Source of the DNA: Octopus vulgaris
Taxonomy: Eukaryota
Assembly: GCA_951406725.2 (NCBI GenBank)
Contig: OX597819.1
Location: forward strand, 135,160,001 to 135,224,000
Reading direction: 5' to 3'
DNA length: 64,000 nt
Each line of letters begins with the position of its first letter. Positions within the stretch are counted from its first letter, which is position 1. This document shows, one piece after another, positions 13,561-45,569 of this stretch. The notes below the pieces were generated by a model. That model made no database searches and had not been told where the DNA came from. It saw nothing but the letters and a program-made list of their open reading frames with translations. Made by a program: the position numbers and the translations under genes.

Positions 13561-15567
13561 ACTTCAGAGCAAGGTTCTGTCCTACTAAGTATATTGAAAC
13601 TGAAATGGTACTGGTTCCATGTCCAGTCTGACAAAAACTTTCAGCTTGAACCTTAGTAATGTAAATACAGTTCCTGTGGTAACTTAAACTACACAAGTGG
13701 CATCTAATGATCTTCAAATAGTGAGTGACTTGTACAGGTGTAGAGAACACAACTTGGAGGTGAACTGACAGCATCAGGAGGGCTGTCATTAAAATTAGAA
13801 TCTAGACAGAGAGGGGATGATGATGGGGAAGATTAGTACTGGAGGTAGAGGGGATAGCTGGGTGAACAATATTAATTCTGGTGGTGGGACTTGGGTGGGG
13901 TGCAGGAGAAGATGAAGGTAGGCTGGCTGTTATGAGAGTAGTGGGGTGAATAAGAGAGAGGTTGGAGAAGGTTAGTGATGGAGCTAGAGTGGGGAGCTGG
14001 ATGAAGAGCATTAATGCAGAGAGGAAGGGGTAGGAGGCGAGTTGGCTATTACGGGAGTTGTGGGGTGAGTAAAGGGATGAGCAGGACTAATTCCATCTGA
14101 ATCTGATGATAGAAGGGTTAGGGGAGAGATAGAGGTATGAGTTAACTCGCCTAGAATGTGATGGAGGAGGTGGGGAGGGGGAGGATGAAGGCTGGTATGA
14201 GGTGAGAAACTTGTTTAACCAATTTGGTCTTTTGGCTGCATGACCCAAAACTTTTTATTTAATTTCATTTAATTTCATTTTTCCTCCATTTCAGCAGACC
14301 ACCAATGTTAAAATCCAACTAGACCATCATGTAGCAGAAGTGAGATAAAAGAAAAGAGGGGGCATTGAAACACCGAAGAATTTTGAGATGAATCAAAATT
14401 AAACAACAAAAAATAAATAAAAAAAAAGTACAAAAAAATAACAAAAGAAAGTTACAAAATTTACAAAAAAATTACAAAGAAAATTACATTAAAAATTACA
14501 AAATACGAAAACAATGTCTAAACACCGACATTCATAAGTGTTGCATCAGTGACTTTTTCCCTTTTTAAACTGTTTCTTTCACTCCAACCCCACTATGTAT
14601 ATCATTATGGTTCTTGGTGTGCTCTGTCATTCTCAAAGGGGGACCTGAACCATATGTGAGGTGATACAAATTCTCAAATCCGAGTGATATGCTCTGTTAT
14701 TGACACATTTGTAAAGAAACAATTGCACTTGTCTAGAGGAGCAATCATGGCTGTTGATGGCAGCAGTAGAAAAAAGATGGCAATGATGATGATGGCTCAG
14801 TTGTGGCATTTGGAGGGGATGAGGAATGCTAATTGTGGAATTTAAAATGTTATTAATTGGGCAAGGATTGAGAAGTGACTGCAACTGCTGGTCATGTTGT
14901 TGTTGTTGTTGAGGTGGTTCCTGCTCTTGTTGTTGAAGGATAGTTGGGGAAAATACTACACTAATATATCTCAGATTACACCCTACTTCTCAGAAAAGGA
15001 AGGATACACTCACACTCAGTGATGTAGTCCTAAATTATAGCACAGTCACAGATGGAACATTAATCATAGGTCTTCTCTATTGGGGCTAAACAACAAGTAT
15101 ATCTCAATGTTTGCCTCATATGTCATTAGTAATACATAGACAACTGTTCTCTAAAAGCTGATAATTGCAGTAGGAAGCTATTATTTGATCCTTCCGTCAT
15201 GTAATAAAATATGAGGATTACTTCTCATAAGGCTCCAGGTAATTCTTAATTGATATCCTGTACTTTGGATTATTCATAACAAGCTCAAGAAGAGTCAAGT
15301 TGCAGAGAAGCTTTACAAAGAAAACACTTTATAAAGAATATCAAGACCCCAAACTCTGTAGACAATTCAAGATGAGAATCTTCCAAGCAACAATCAACAC
15401 AAACTTCCTTTACAAGTGTGAAACTTGAATCCTTCTTAAGTCCTTCTTCAAATCCTGTGATTGTTGTTATATTCTCCTATTCTAGACAAACTTTAAGATC
15501 AATTGGATGTTTATGTTTATGAACAGTTTCTGAACATTGCAAAAATCCAAATGGGCTTTAAAAAAAT

Positions 15568-16030
15568 TTAGAATTTAGGCAGCCACTCTGACTCACAGGG
15601 CTTGCACTTGCAGATAGCTATCTCCACCCCAGTGGCAGTGAGCAGAGATATGGTCCAAGGTCCAAAAATGCTGGAGGTCTTTACAGGCTTGGCCATAATC
15701 CTGTCAGAGAGTGACAGATACTTTGACAGATTGCCTTTCTCAGCCTGACAAGCAGTGGAGCCTGGGCTTGTAGATGAGTACATCAAGTTGCTGCTGGAGA
15801 AGATATCACAGCTATGTGGCATCCTAGATGGGTGGGAGGCTGGGGGGTGACAGGGCTACCACCAAAGAATGGAAAAATTGCAAACTGGCAGGCTTTTTAC
15901 CATTCCTTCAGCCTAGGCCCACTGGCTTGAGCTGGAAGACAAGCCTGCAGCATCTAGGCTATGCTTTATGATTTTGCTAAGGGTAGAATGAGATGGAAAC
16001 TTAGCAGACACTGAGTGTGGAATCTGGAGA
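15568..16030 (-). mobile_element. CRE-like C-terminal restriction-like endonuclease remnant
   Basis: HSTLSKIIKHSLDAAG...CDIFSSS...SPGSTACQAEKGNLSKY...VKTSSIFGPWT...PCESEWL resembles the CRE endonuclease pattern RHxxLNDIIKRAL...DT...AExxKxxKY...ETxGxFGP...PRE. Confidence 0.7.
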
Positions 16031-16289
16031 AACTTGGTAGTCAAATCATTACCCTGGAACCACTCCCAAGGAAGGTGTACCATGGGTATACATTCAAAAC
16101 ATATGGAGAGCAGTGTGGCTGATAAATGCAGTTAATATATGATGATGAAGGTGACACTGGAGTAAAATATACAAAGCCCCAAATACCCACCATGACTATC
16201 TGTCTGATAAGTGTACACCAGGTACATGCATCACAACCATATGTGCATGACATGGTGAGCTCATATCAAGATAAACAGCACATGATCTT

Positions 16290-16466
16290 GTGAGCGAAGA
16301 AGATGAGATGAAACTTTTGTGGTCTCCGCCAAACTACGCTAATCAACGTTGCAATGTAGACCATTACTTCAAGAGAGACTTAAGTAGACCGAACACCGTT
16401 TCCGGATATAAGAGACTGGCGCGTTTTGTTTACGTTTCTTTATTATCTTCTATTATCATTCCACAG
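16290..16466 (+). promoter_or_regulatory. Putative promoter/5' UTR of the SREK1IP1-like gene
   Basis: Unique, locally CpG-rich patch (CCGTTTCCGGATAT, GGCGCG) with an ETS-like TTCCGG just upstream of the first coding exon. Confidence 0.45.
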
Positions 16467-34933
<18,467 letters not shown>

Positions 34934-35430
34934 TTCTGATATATGATCAGAATTATTGTCAGAATCATTATGATTTTGATACTGTTAAGCATCAAACACA
35001 CAATTTTGATGCAGCTCAGGGGCAGAAACACAGCAACAACAGCTACAAAGTAGATAAGTATATAAGAAAAGCTTGTAAGTTAAAGCATCAGAGCTCCTGT
35101 AGGAAGCAACACCATGAGAAATTTGGGTCAGACATTGATCAGCATAGGCTGTACCTATCTGATGCTGCAATACTGCATCAATTTGACGATTCTTCATCAA
35201 CCCATCATAAAATGTGGAAATGCAAAAGATGTTACAGCTAATATTCCAAATAAAAGATACATAATCTCATTATGTCTTCAAAACATTGGTCATCAGATAG
35301 TTTTTGTAGGAGAAATACTTCTTTCATAAACTCATATTTTATAATGACATATTAGTTAATAAAAACATTATTTTTTTTTTGCAATTTTCTATGTATAATG
35401 CATTTATGGGAAACAAAGCAAAAATAAAAA
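34934..35430 (+). other. Probable 3' UTR with candidate polyadenylation signals
   Basis: Unique sequence after the stop with AATAAA at 35249 and 35358, the latter followed by a T-rich tract. Confidence 0.55.
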
Positions 35431-35557
35431 TCCAAGGCTTCTTAAAGTATTTGTAAGGGCCAGCTTTAAGTGAATGGGAAATAAATTTTTCCTAGATATT
35501 TCTGGTAAAATTCTCTGAAGATCTGGTATCTGTTTCACATGTTATAAATTTTATATA

Positions 35558-36552
35558 CAGTAGTGGCCATGATATAAGGGTCAGTAAGAAAAGGTGTATT
35601 GAAATAGTTATTATAGAAGATTAACAACACATTGAGATAAAATATTTTACACATACTTAGATATATCAAATATCTAACTTTTGTGAAAATTTCAAATGAA
35701 TAGAAGAAATATTTCGTAAGTTATGAGGAAATAAACAAGCAGTCTTCCAAATTGCAGCAGCCAAAAGTTAAGGGTCACTTAGAAAAATTGAACTACTGAC
35801 CAAGGCATTTGTTGTTTAGAAGACTGTTAACGGGCTAATAGTTACTTTTTATGATCTTACATTATTGGAACATTCACCTGTCAACATAGCAGCTTGTGAG
35901 AGATGCCTGGTGTCCTGTGATGGAAAACAATGGATTGTATGCCTTCACCAAGAGGGCAAGTCAAATTTTGTGATAGCAACTACTGTTGGAAGGTCTAGAA
36001 GTGTTGTGCAATGAATTGTAGCTACAATTCACCTACAAGTGATTGTCAATGCTGAAATCTACAATCAGATTCCTACGATAGCATGCACTTCTACATCTCT
36101 GATCTTCATCAGTTCAACCTCCTATCTTTAAGCAGGACAACGCTCCCTGTCACACTACAAAGAGAGTCAAAGATTGAGTGATGAAGGGGTTGATCTTATG
36201 GACTGGCCACCTCAACTTTCTGATAACCACCCTATAGAAAACATGTGAAAGATTATTGGAGATGGGGTGTGAGGGAAAAATCTAAAGAACCAAAATGAAC
36301 TCTGGGAATTATTAAAAAACGAATGGAACAATCTTTCTCCATTTTGCTAGAAATTGGCTGCAGCAATTTGGAAGATTGTTTATTTTCTCATAACTTACGA
36401 AATATTCCATTCACTTGAAATTTTCACAAAAGATAGATATTAGATATATCTAAATTTGTGTCAAATATCTAGTCTCAACATGTTGTTAATCTTCTATGAT
36501 AACTATTTCAATACACTCGTTCTTACAGATCCTTATATTATGGCCACTACTG
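35558..36552 (+). mobile_element. Internally deleted Tc1-like transposon with ~200 bp TIRs
   Basis: TA-CAGTAGTGGCCA...TGGCCACTACTG-TA with long mirrored arms; transposase remnants FKQDNAPCHT and DWPPQLSDNHPIEN. Confidence 0.92.
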
Positions 36553-36574
36553 TATATATATATATATATATATA

Positions 36575-39500
36575 TTTATTATGGTTGCCCCCTCGTTATC
36601 GAGTATGGCCATTGCACGAAGCTTAACTGTTATTGGTGCTGTGATCGAATGTGACTTTTTAGCCCAGCCAAAGAGCTACATTGTCTTGTACAGAATTGGC
36701 AACTAAAACCTTTACCGGTAATAGCCGGCTATAGTTGTAACTGGGCTTCATGTACCTTTGCATGTCGTTTAAGTCCTCCTGCCAAATTACACTCTCTTCC
36801 ACATGCCCGACAGATATGATTAGTATGGTGTGTTACACCAGTGGCCAGGTTGTCACTCGTCTGTCTCACTTTATGACTATGAAGATGACTCTTGAGTCCA
36901 GCTTTACTGAGGCAGGGTCTTGCACAGACACTGCATGTCAGCATCATAGGAAGACCCTTCCCATCTGGAAGTGTAACAGTGATGCCCTTCCTGACATCCC
37001 TCCTTACTTTCTCATGTGCAACTCGAGATTTCTCAAAAGTGGCTGTCCCCTCGTGCACAATCCTTCTCCACCTGTTATGATCAATAGCTATGCCTTCCCA
37101 TGTGTCAGGAGAGATGCAAGCATCTCTTAAGGAAGCCTTCAGCAAGTCCTTATACCTCTTTTTTGGTTGATGTGGAGGTCGTTCTCCTTTAGCTAACTCT
37201 CCATAAAAGAGTTGTTTTGGCATCCTTGAATCCTTCATCCTGACCAGATGACCACTCCATCTGAGCCTTTGCTTTAACACAAGAGCTTCTATACTTTCAC
37301 ACCAAAAGCCTTCCAATATTTCAAGATCACTGATGCGGTCCTTCCACTTAATGCTATAGATCCGTCTGAGACACATCTGATGGAAACGTCCCAGTTGTTT
37401 AAGGTGGTATTGATATGTGACCCACGTCTCGCAGGCATAGAGAAGAGAAGGGAGCACACATGCCTTGTACACCTTTATCTGCATATGTCTGCATATTTCT
37501 GCATATGTCTTGCCGACTCCAGAGGCGCTTTTCTAGCCTTCCGAAAGCAACACTTGCTTTCTTAATTCTATAAGGAATTTCATCATCCAAATTGCTATAT
37601 CTATTAATAGTGCTTCCCAGGTAGACAAATTGATCAACTGCATCAAGCCGTTTACCATACACATAGATATTTGGTACACTATACTGCTTACCAGGGGCAG
37701 GTTGATGCATGACAACAGTTTTCTTGAGATTGACTGTCAATCCTAAGGCAGTGCAAGCATCAGAGAATGCATTCAAAATGTGTTGCATATCAATCTCTGT
37801 GTGTGCTACTAGCTCACAATCATCTGCATACAAAAGGTTTCTCATGATAGAGGTAAATACCTTTGTTTTCGCAGCAAAGCGCCTGATATCAAATATGCTG
37901 CCAGAGGTTCGATAATGGATGTAAACACTATATCTGCAGTTTCTGAATGCAATACAGAACACCATCACAAAATATATGGAAAATAGGGTCAGTGCCAGAA
38001 TATCCCCCTGTTTCACTCCATTTTGTATTGAAATGGGCTCCGACATTTTCCCTCTAACATTCACCCTACCATTCATGTCTTCATGAAAAGACCTAACCAA
38101 AGCAAGGAACTTTTCAGGACACCCAAGTTTCTGAAGGACTTTCCACAATGCTATTCTATTGACAGTATCAAAGGCTTTTGTCAGATTGACAAAAACGTGA
38201 TACAAATCCAGACCCTGTTCCACACACTTCTCCTGAAGCTGTCTAGCTGAAAAGATCATATCAGCAGTGCCACGTCCCACACGAAAGCCAGATTGACTTT
38301 CTGGAAGAACACAATCTGCAACGTATTTCAGCAGACGATCCAGAAGTACCCTGCATAAAACGTTTCTTATGACAGACAGCAGTGATACTCCTCTATAATT
38401 ACCACAATCATTCCTGTTGCCCTTTCCCTTATACAGGACCACTGTATCTCTCCAGTCCTCAGGTACAGATTCACTAGTCCATAGCTTACCAAACAAAGAG
38501 TGAAGTTTCTGCAGAAGTTTCTCACCACCATGCTGTAACAACTCCGCATGTATGCCATCCATACCCGGAGACTTCCCATTATTCAACCTTGAGACAGCCA
38601 CTGCAACTTCTTCCAACTTTCGTGGTTTTGCGAGTGCTGCCTTTACGGGTAATCCAGGGATGAGATTGAGAACATCTTCACTAACTACAGACTGCTGATT
38701 CAAATGTTCATCAAAGTGTTCTTGCCACCTTCGCAGAATTCCTTGTGAATCCCGAAGAAGTTCTTTACCATCCCTGCTTTGAAGTGGTGTCATCAAGGAA
38801 GACATTGGTCCATAAACTTCTCGCAAGAGACCATACAACAGCTTTGTGTTATTGGAATCTGATGCCGCCTGTATCTCATCAGCCTTCTTACTCCACGTAT
38901 CCCTCATCTGAGAGAGCCTTTGCCTCACACGTGATTTTACGTCCTTGAGTTCCCTATGCAACACTTCCCTTTCTTGTGGCTTTGCTGACAAATAGCGTGA
39001 CAAAGTACGTCTTTTATCAGCCAATAAATCATTTATATGTTCATCATTTTCTTTAAACCAATCTTGATGCTTTCTTTGTATCAATCCCAGAACTTTACTT
39101 GCCAATATCATAAACTGACTTTTTAAGGGTTGGCCGATCCTCCCCAATATCTGCAGCATTCATTTCCTCTCGTAAAGTTCTCTTCACACTATTATACCTA
39201 AGACAATCAACTTTCAGTCTTTTAGGCAGGGTAATCCCTGCAGCTCGGATTTTATGTTTTGTGACTAATTTCACCTTTGCACATACTAGGTGGTGGTCAG
39301 TCCAACACTCAGCTTCACGAAGAACACGAACACACTGCACATCCTGTCTGTCATGCATCCTAACAAGGATGTAATCCAGAATATGCCATTCTTTAGATGC
39401 TGGGTGCATCCATGTAGTCTTTTGTTGAAACATGGTATTGGTAACACACAGACGCAGCTCCTCACACATCTGCAGCAAAAGCATGCCATTACTATTACAC

Positions 39501-40760
39501 TTCCCACCCCATGCTTTCCAATTACAGTCCCTATGTTAAAATCCCTACCCACTCTAGCATTAAAGTCACTCAGTATGATGACTTTGTCTTCCCGAGGAAT
39601 ATTTCTTATAATGCCCTTCAAAGCATGGTAGAAAGAAAGTTTTTCCTCATCAGTATAGCACATAGTTGGAGCATACACACTCACCAAGGTCATATAATTT
39701 CCTTTAACCAAAGGAATTCTCATGGACATAAGACGCTTGTTAATTCTGATTGGGAATTCTTCCAACTTGTCCACGAGTGTAGTCTTAACAGCAAATGTCA
39801 CCCCAGCTTCTCTAAACTTTTCATTCTTCCTGTTCCAAAAGAATGTATATTTTCCACAAGATTCTGTAAGATGACCATCTCCAGGTAATCTCGTCTCCGA
39901 TAAAGCAACGATGTCAAGATCATAGTGTTGAAGCTCCTTCGCAACAAGCGCAGTCCTTGTTTCAGGACACTCAGAGGACTTGCGGTCAAGCAGTGTCCGT
40001 ACATTCCAACAGCCAATATTCAATATTTTCTTTGGTTCTATCACAGCAGCATGATGACGGCCGGGTTCAGACTGTGATGCTCTGGAGCCCCTGCCGGGCC
40101 AAACTCTTTCAGCTGATGTGGTTCCAGAGTCCCTACTGCCATTTATTTTTATACTGTTTTGGTACATCATTGATTTTTTGCTTTTTAAGGCTACAGCCAG
40201 CCATTCAGTTGAGACTCACAGCGCCATCAACAATCATAAATTAGTTAATCAATTTAATCAATCAATCAATGTTGTTATCGTGCAATGCCTGTGCAAGAAG
40301 ATTTTTTTTTTAAGTGAGGAAAGGCTGTGCACTGAGTCAATCCCACTCATTAAGCAACAGCAGCCATAATCCAAAAAGAAGAACAAGTCAACATCATCGG
40401 TAACCACTGGGCTGCAGGTTTTATGTCGGAGTTATCCCAGTTACCTTCTCTTAGAAGGATGCCCTAACAAAGGTTAGGAGTCCTTCACTCCCAATGGTTT
40501 AACCGCACGATCGGGTATTCAGTCCGATTATTTCTATGTCCCCGCGCATGATTACAGCCTTAAGACATTTATTGGATGGCCATTGACTCTCAAGAGTTCC
40601 TCCGCCCTTTGACGGGTTTTGTTTTTCATCCCGCAGGGTGTCCAGTAAACACCCTCCTCACCAAGCAAGCTTGGTGGGGTTGCCGGTTTAGTTGCCAACG
40701 ACCCGACCATGCAACAGATTGTACTGGGTTATATGTTACCAGTAGCACTCGAAAGTGACC
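36575..40760 (-). mobile_element. Near full-length RTE/BovB-like LINE (5' UTR, APE endonuclease, RT, two C2H2 fingers), frameshifted
   Basis: GCWNVRTLLD, ALSETR, SDFNARVG, LDYILV, TDHHLV; NYRGVSLLS, GVKQGD, LLYADDC; CSVC...H...H and CRAC...H...H. Four overlapping ORFs, with (TA)n on both sides. Confidence 0.95.
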
Positions 40761-40765
40761 TGACC

Positions 40766-40813
<48 letters not shown>

Positions 40814-40872
40814 ATAAAACGGTAAGATAACAAAAGAAAGAAAGAGACCTCAATATTATGTAAATAGAGGAA

Positions 40873-40930
40873 ATTTATCTATACAATAATGTTACATTAC
40901 CGAGTAATGTAACATATTATTGTATAGATA
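40873..40930. repeat. Short palindrome at the end of a repeat related to 24935-25020
   Basis: TATCTATACAATAATGTTACATTAC / GTAATGTAACATATTATTGTATAGATA. Confidence 0.8.
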
Positions 40931-41129
40931 TATATATATACGCATATATATATCACCTCATCATCATCATCATTTAACTCTCTTTTCTCATGCTGGAATA
41001 GGTTAGAGGATTTGATTGACAGGAGCTGGCAAATCAGAAGACTGCATCATGCTTCAATGTCTGCTTTCTGTGGCTTAATGCCAGCTCCATTGTAGAAGGT
41101 ACAAAATGTACTTTGTGGCATGGACACTA

Positions 41130-41836
41130 GGTTTCTCTCTCCGAGTGAAAGGAAGATTGTATGATGCATGTATACAGACAGCAATTCTCCTTGGTAGTGA
41201 AACATCGGCCCTGAATGCAGAGGACATGCAAAGGTTAGAAAAGAATGAGGCTAGTATGCTTTGCTAGAATGTATAATGTAAGTATACCTGTTTGATAGAG
41301 CCCTAGTGTTTTGAGAGAGATGTTGGGCATAAGAAGAATTAGATGCTGTGTACAAGAAAGAAGACTGCTGGTTTGGTCATGTGGATGCCAACAGCTCCGT
41401 AAAGAAGTGCTGGTCTCTCAGAGTGGAAGTGAGAGACTTAGGAAGACATTGGATGAAATACTGAAGAATGATCTCAGGACACTGAACTATTCAGGTAAGA
41501 TGACAAAGGAGCAGGAAGCATGACACCTGGCTGTACTCAAGAAGACCCATATTCCACAACAGAAGTATTAGGACCTGTTCTGGTGGCAGTCCCACATAAA
41601 TGAGCCCATACAGTGCCATGTACAAGCACCTCTGCGGTGCCGTGCAAAAGCACCCATACTGTGCTGTGTAAAAGCACTTGGCACCCTCTGTGAAGTGGAT
41701 GGTATTAGGAAGGGTATCCAGCCATAGAAACCATGCCATATCAGACTGGAGTCTGGTGCAGCTTCCCAGTTGGCCAGCTCTGGTCAAACCATCCAACCCA
41801 TGCCAGTATGGACAACAGACGTTAAATGATGATGAT
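41130..41836 (+). mobile_element. Old RTE 3' fragment with tail
   Basis: VKGRLYDACIQTAILLGSET and VQERRL remnants; ends in (GAT)n. Confidence 0.8.
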
Positions 41837-43044
41837 GGTACAGAATTAAATTGTAAAATATTCATTAGCAGCAGTAATATTGTAAAATTGTGCAATATTG
41901 ATTGACATCAAAGTAGAAAACCTCTAAGAGGTAAAGGAAGAGAGTGGTATTCCTGGCTCACTGCTACAAGATGTGAAAGTAGCAGCTTGGTCAGTCGATG
42001 GTCAGTTGTTCATCCTCAATGACTAGCTTGTGCAGTTATTGTGACATCAGGAGAGATCAATCATTATTCATTAGTCTAGCTATACTAACGTCATTGTTTT
42101 AGTTTCAGTTTTTCAATACTTTCATTTCACTTCATCAATAGTAAGATATACTGCACTCTTTCTGAACAGTTAAGTTAAAATTAATTTTTTTATGGTGCCT
42201 GGAGAGTCATACTGCCTTTGAAAATGGAAAAGATTCAACAAAAACTGTAAAAGAGCTTAATGCTAAGACAAAGCAGCTATTAAAACAATCAAAACTAAAA
42301 AAAATAAATCAGAGTTCGTATATTTGCAGGACTTTTAACTTTTAAACATTGCATCAGATATTTGAAGCATTACGTAAACAATAGAAACCTCATATTGAAA
42401 CAGACACCCAAAGTAATCATATTTATTGTTCTCTTTTATTTGTTTCAGTCAGTTGACTGTGGCCATACTGGGGCACTGCCTTGAAGGGTTTTTAGTCGAA
42501 CTTAATGACCCTAGGAATTATTTTCTGAAGCCTAGTACTTATTCTAACAGTCTCTTTTGCTGAACCGCCAAGTTATGGTGATTTAAACACATTACCACCA
42601 GTCGTCAAGCACTGGTAAGGGACAAAGACAGGCAGACACACACATAGATATGCACATATATATTTATATATGGTGGGCTTCTTTCAGTTTCCATCTACCA
42701 AATCCACTAACAAGGCTTTGGTTGGCATGCCACATAGTGGGACTGAACCTGAAACCATGTGGTTAGAAGCTAGCTTCTTGTCTCACAGCCACGCCTGTTT
42801 AATTTCTTTCTTTTTTTTTTGTGGTTTTTATTTAATAATGATAGTTGCTTACTAATTTTACATGATTGTAATTTGCAAGGTGACTTGCAACACCAAACTA
42901 GCAGGTCAATTAAAAGATGACTATAAATTTAATAAGAGTTTGGTCAACACAAAAGAAATTTGAGTTTCAATTTTTGTTGACGTTTTTATGTCTTGTTGCT
43001 ACAATACCAAACACACAATTCTCAAAAGTAAATAATCTTTATTT

Positions 43045-43460
43045 GGGTTGAGGTTGGGTATTAGGCATTAGAGTTAGGGTCAGAGTCTAAGATCAGGGTT
43101 GTGGGTTAGTGTTTAATGGGTGTTATGGTTAAAGAAGTTAGTGGTTACTGCTAAGGTTTAAGAGGTTAGAATTAGGAGTTGGAATAGGGGTCAGTGTAGC
43201 ATAGGGTGTTAGTTTAGGTCTTTGTGGTTGGGGGCGAGGTCAGAGTTATGGTGAGGTTTAGAATTACAGGTGTTGAAAGTTAGGGGTTGAGTTTATGAAT
43301 TATGGGGTTAAGAATTATGTTTAGAGGTAGGGTAGAGGAGACACTGATGGATACACTAGGTTTTACGATAGAGTATATAGGTAAAGTTAGAAGTCAGGGA
43401 TTAGGGTTAGGTAATACGGCATGGAATTGGGTTTAGAGTTGGGGTTATGAGTTAGGGTTA
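43045..43460 (+). repeat. Degenerate (TTAGGG)n-like tract
   Basis: G/T-rich sequence with hexamer periodicity and several exact TTAGGG units. Confidence 0.7.
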
Positions 43461-44659
43461 ATTTAACCTATTTGAAGAGTTTACGAAATAAAAGTATTTG
43501 AAAGTACTTTTAGTATTTAAAATGAAATGTTATTGACATTTTTTTTAATTAAAGAAAATATAATTGCTTAAATAAATTTTTAATTTTTGTAACTGTAAAA
43601 CTATATTATAACTATCTATTTATAACTGGATATTGTTTTCTATTTGTTGAAGATCAGTTTTCATGTTCAGAATAAGACCATGCATCAATTTGAAAATAAG
43701 CCAAATATCTTAAGACTATTTTTAATAATTACAATTAAAATATCTGTATGAAAATATTTTTCTAATGTTTACATTATAAGATTAATAATAATTGTTGTTA
43801 TGAAGTTTGTTTTAATATGCTGAGAAACAATACTAAAGATCTTGTTGAGGTTTCAGCCATCCATTCTGATTTAGCTTAGGTATTACATTCCTCATTTAAC
43901 TCATTAGAAATAGCAGCAAAACCTCCCTCAATTTTGACAGTGACATTTTAAAATGGAATGGCACATTAGGTAGCTCAGTCCTTGATGCATAGAACAAGAA
44001 CAAAACAGGGAAACACTTAATCAAAGGTGTACTGGATCAGAGCTGAATGGAATTACAGCCACCTATTCACTACAACTCTGGTCGACTGGATGATGATTGG
44101 GTTAGGATTAGTGGTTGTAATAATGTAAAATTAGCCTCACTAATAAAACAAATTTAACAGCATAGTGGGAAATAACTTCAATCATACTATAAACATGAAT
44201 TAGTTATTTCTTTTTGTTTGTTTGTTTTTAAATAGTTCACCAAGATTTCATAGTCTTGTGTTGTCATGACATTTGTGTGGTTTTAACAAATTTACTAAAC
44301 ACTCTGTCTCAAAAGTTTTAGTAAAACTATTTTACATTTGGTTATCATTTGATACCGATTTAACATACAGAAAATAAGTGCCATCACAGTCTGTATAAAG
44401 AGAGGATTATAATGTGCAATTTCTGAAAAGGAATCTCTTTGTTGTAGATGGTGTCATACTATAAGATGATTGCATTGTAATATCCTGCTTTGAGGGAGGG
44501 TAACCACCTCAGTCTTTTGGGTAGGTATGAATCAGCAATCAACATATTTAAAGTTATTTCAGCCATTGCAATAGAACGGCATGGTTATAATAATTTGCTC
44601 TGTCAGACCATTTCACTGTATCTGTGCAAACAACTGCAACTATAAGAAAAGTTGCCGAC

Positions 44660-45090
44660 TCATCATCATCATCATCATCATTTAATGTCCGTTGTCCATG
44701 CTGGAAGGCTGCATCAGACTCCAGTCTGATTCGGCATGGTTTTCTATGGCTGGATGCCTTTCCTAACACCAACTACTCTGAGAGTATAATGGGTGCTTTT
44801 ATGTACCATTTGCATGACACCGGAGTATGTTTACGTGCCAATTTGCATGACACCAGTATCTGCCATGACTGCAGTTTTGCTCAGCTTGATGAGTCTTTTT
44901 CTCAAGCACAACACAATGGCAAAGGTCTTGGTCATTGCCTCTGTGAAGCCCAATACTCGAAAGGAACTCAACCACTTTGCCTTTGTGAGGCCTAATGCTT
45001 GAAAGAAACTCAGCCACTTAGTCTCCGTCAGGCCCAATGCTCGAGAGGACCTCAGCCACTTTGCCTCTGTGTGGCCCAACACTTGAAAGG
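44660..45090 (-). mobile_element. RTE-tail repeat carrying a ~42 bp tandem repeat (44935-45090)
   Basis: (CAT)n tail on +; 3-4 copies of GCCTCTGTGAGGCCCAATGCTCGAAAGGAACTCAGCCACTTT-like units. Confidence 0.75.
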
Positions 45091-45569
45091 AAATAGCTGT
45101 CAAAATATTCTTTTAATGGGGCTGTATGGTTTGTTTCTTGTCTACATTGTGCTTCAGTTACATTCAGCATCTTAGAATGACTATCATAGTAGCCTCAAGA
45201 TCAAGTCTTTACTCTTTTACTTGTTTTAGTCATTTGACTGTGGCCATGCTGGAGTTCTCCCTTTAGTCGAGCAAATCGACCCCAGGACTTATTCTTTGTA
45301 AGCTTAGTACTTATTTTATCGCTCTCTTTTGCCGAAAACCATTAAGTTATGGGCACGTGAACACACCAGCATCAGTTGTCAAGCGATGTTGGTGGGACAA
45401 ACACAGACACACAAACATATACACACACATACATATATATATAACGGGAAGCTTTATGAAAATAGACAAAAGACGAAGGCAGGTGGGAAACAAACAAACA
45501 ATTGTATTAGTATGGCGCTCAGGAAATATAAATAAAACAAGTCTTTAACGCATATATATATATGCTTAG

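Noticed and set aside
16041-16253. CWC27 as head-to-head neighbour, as in vertebrates
   Set aside because: The minus-strand translation shows no cyclophilin-like sequence.
44554-44639. Possible minus-strand terminal exon (AVVCTDTVKWSDRANYYNHAVLLQWLK*)
   Set aside because: An acceptor-like ttttcttatag is present, but I found no partner exon or recognisable homology.
44935-45090. Common origin of the 42 bp repeat and the large satellite (shared AAGTGGCT and TCGA)
   Set aside because: Only short words match, which is compatible with chance.
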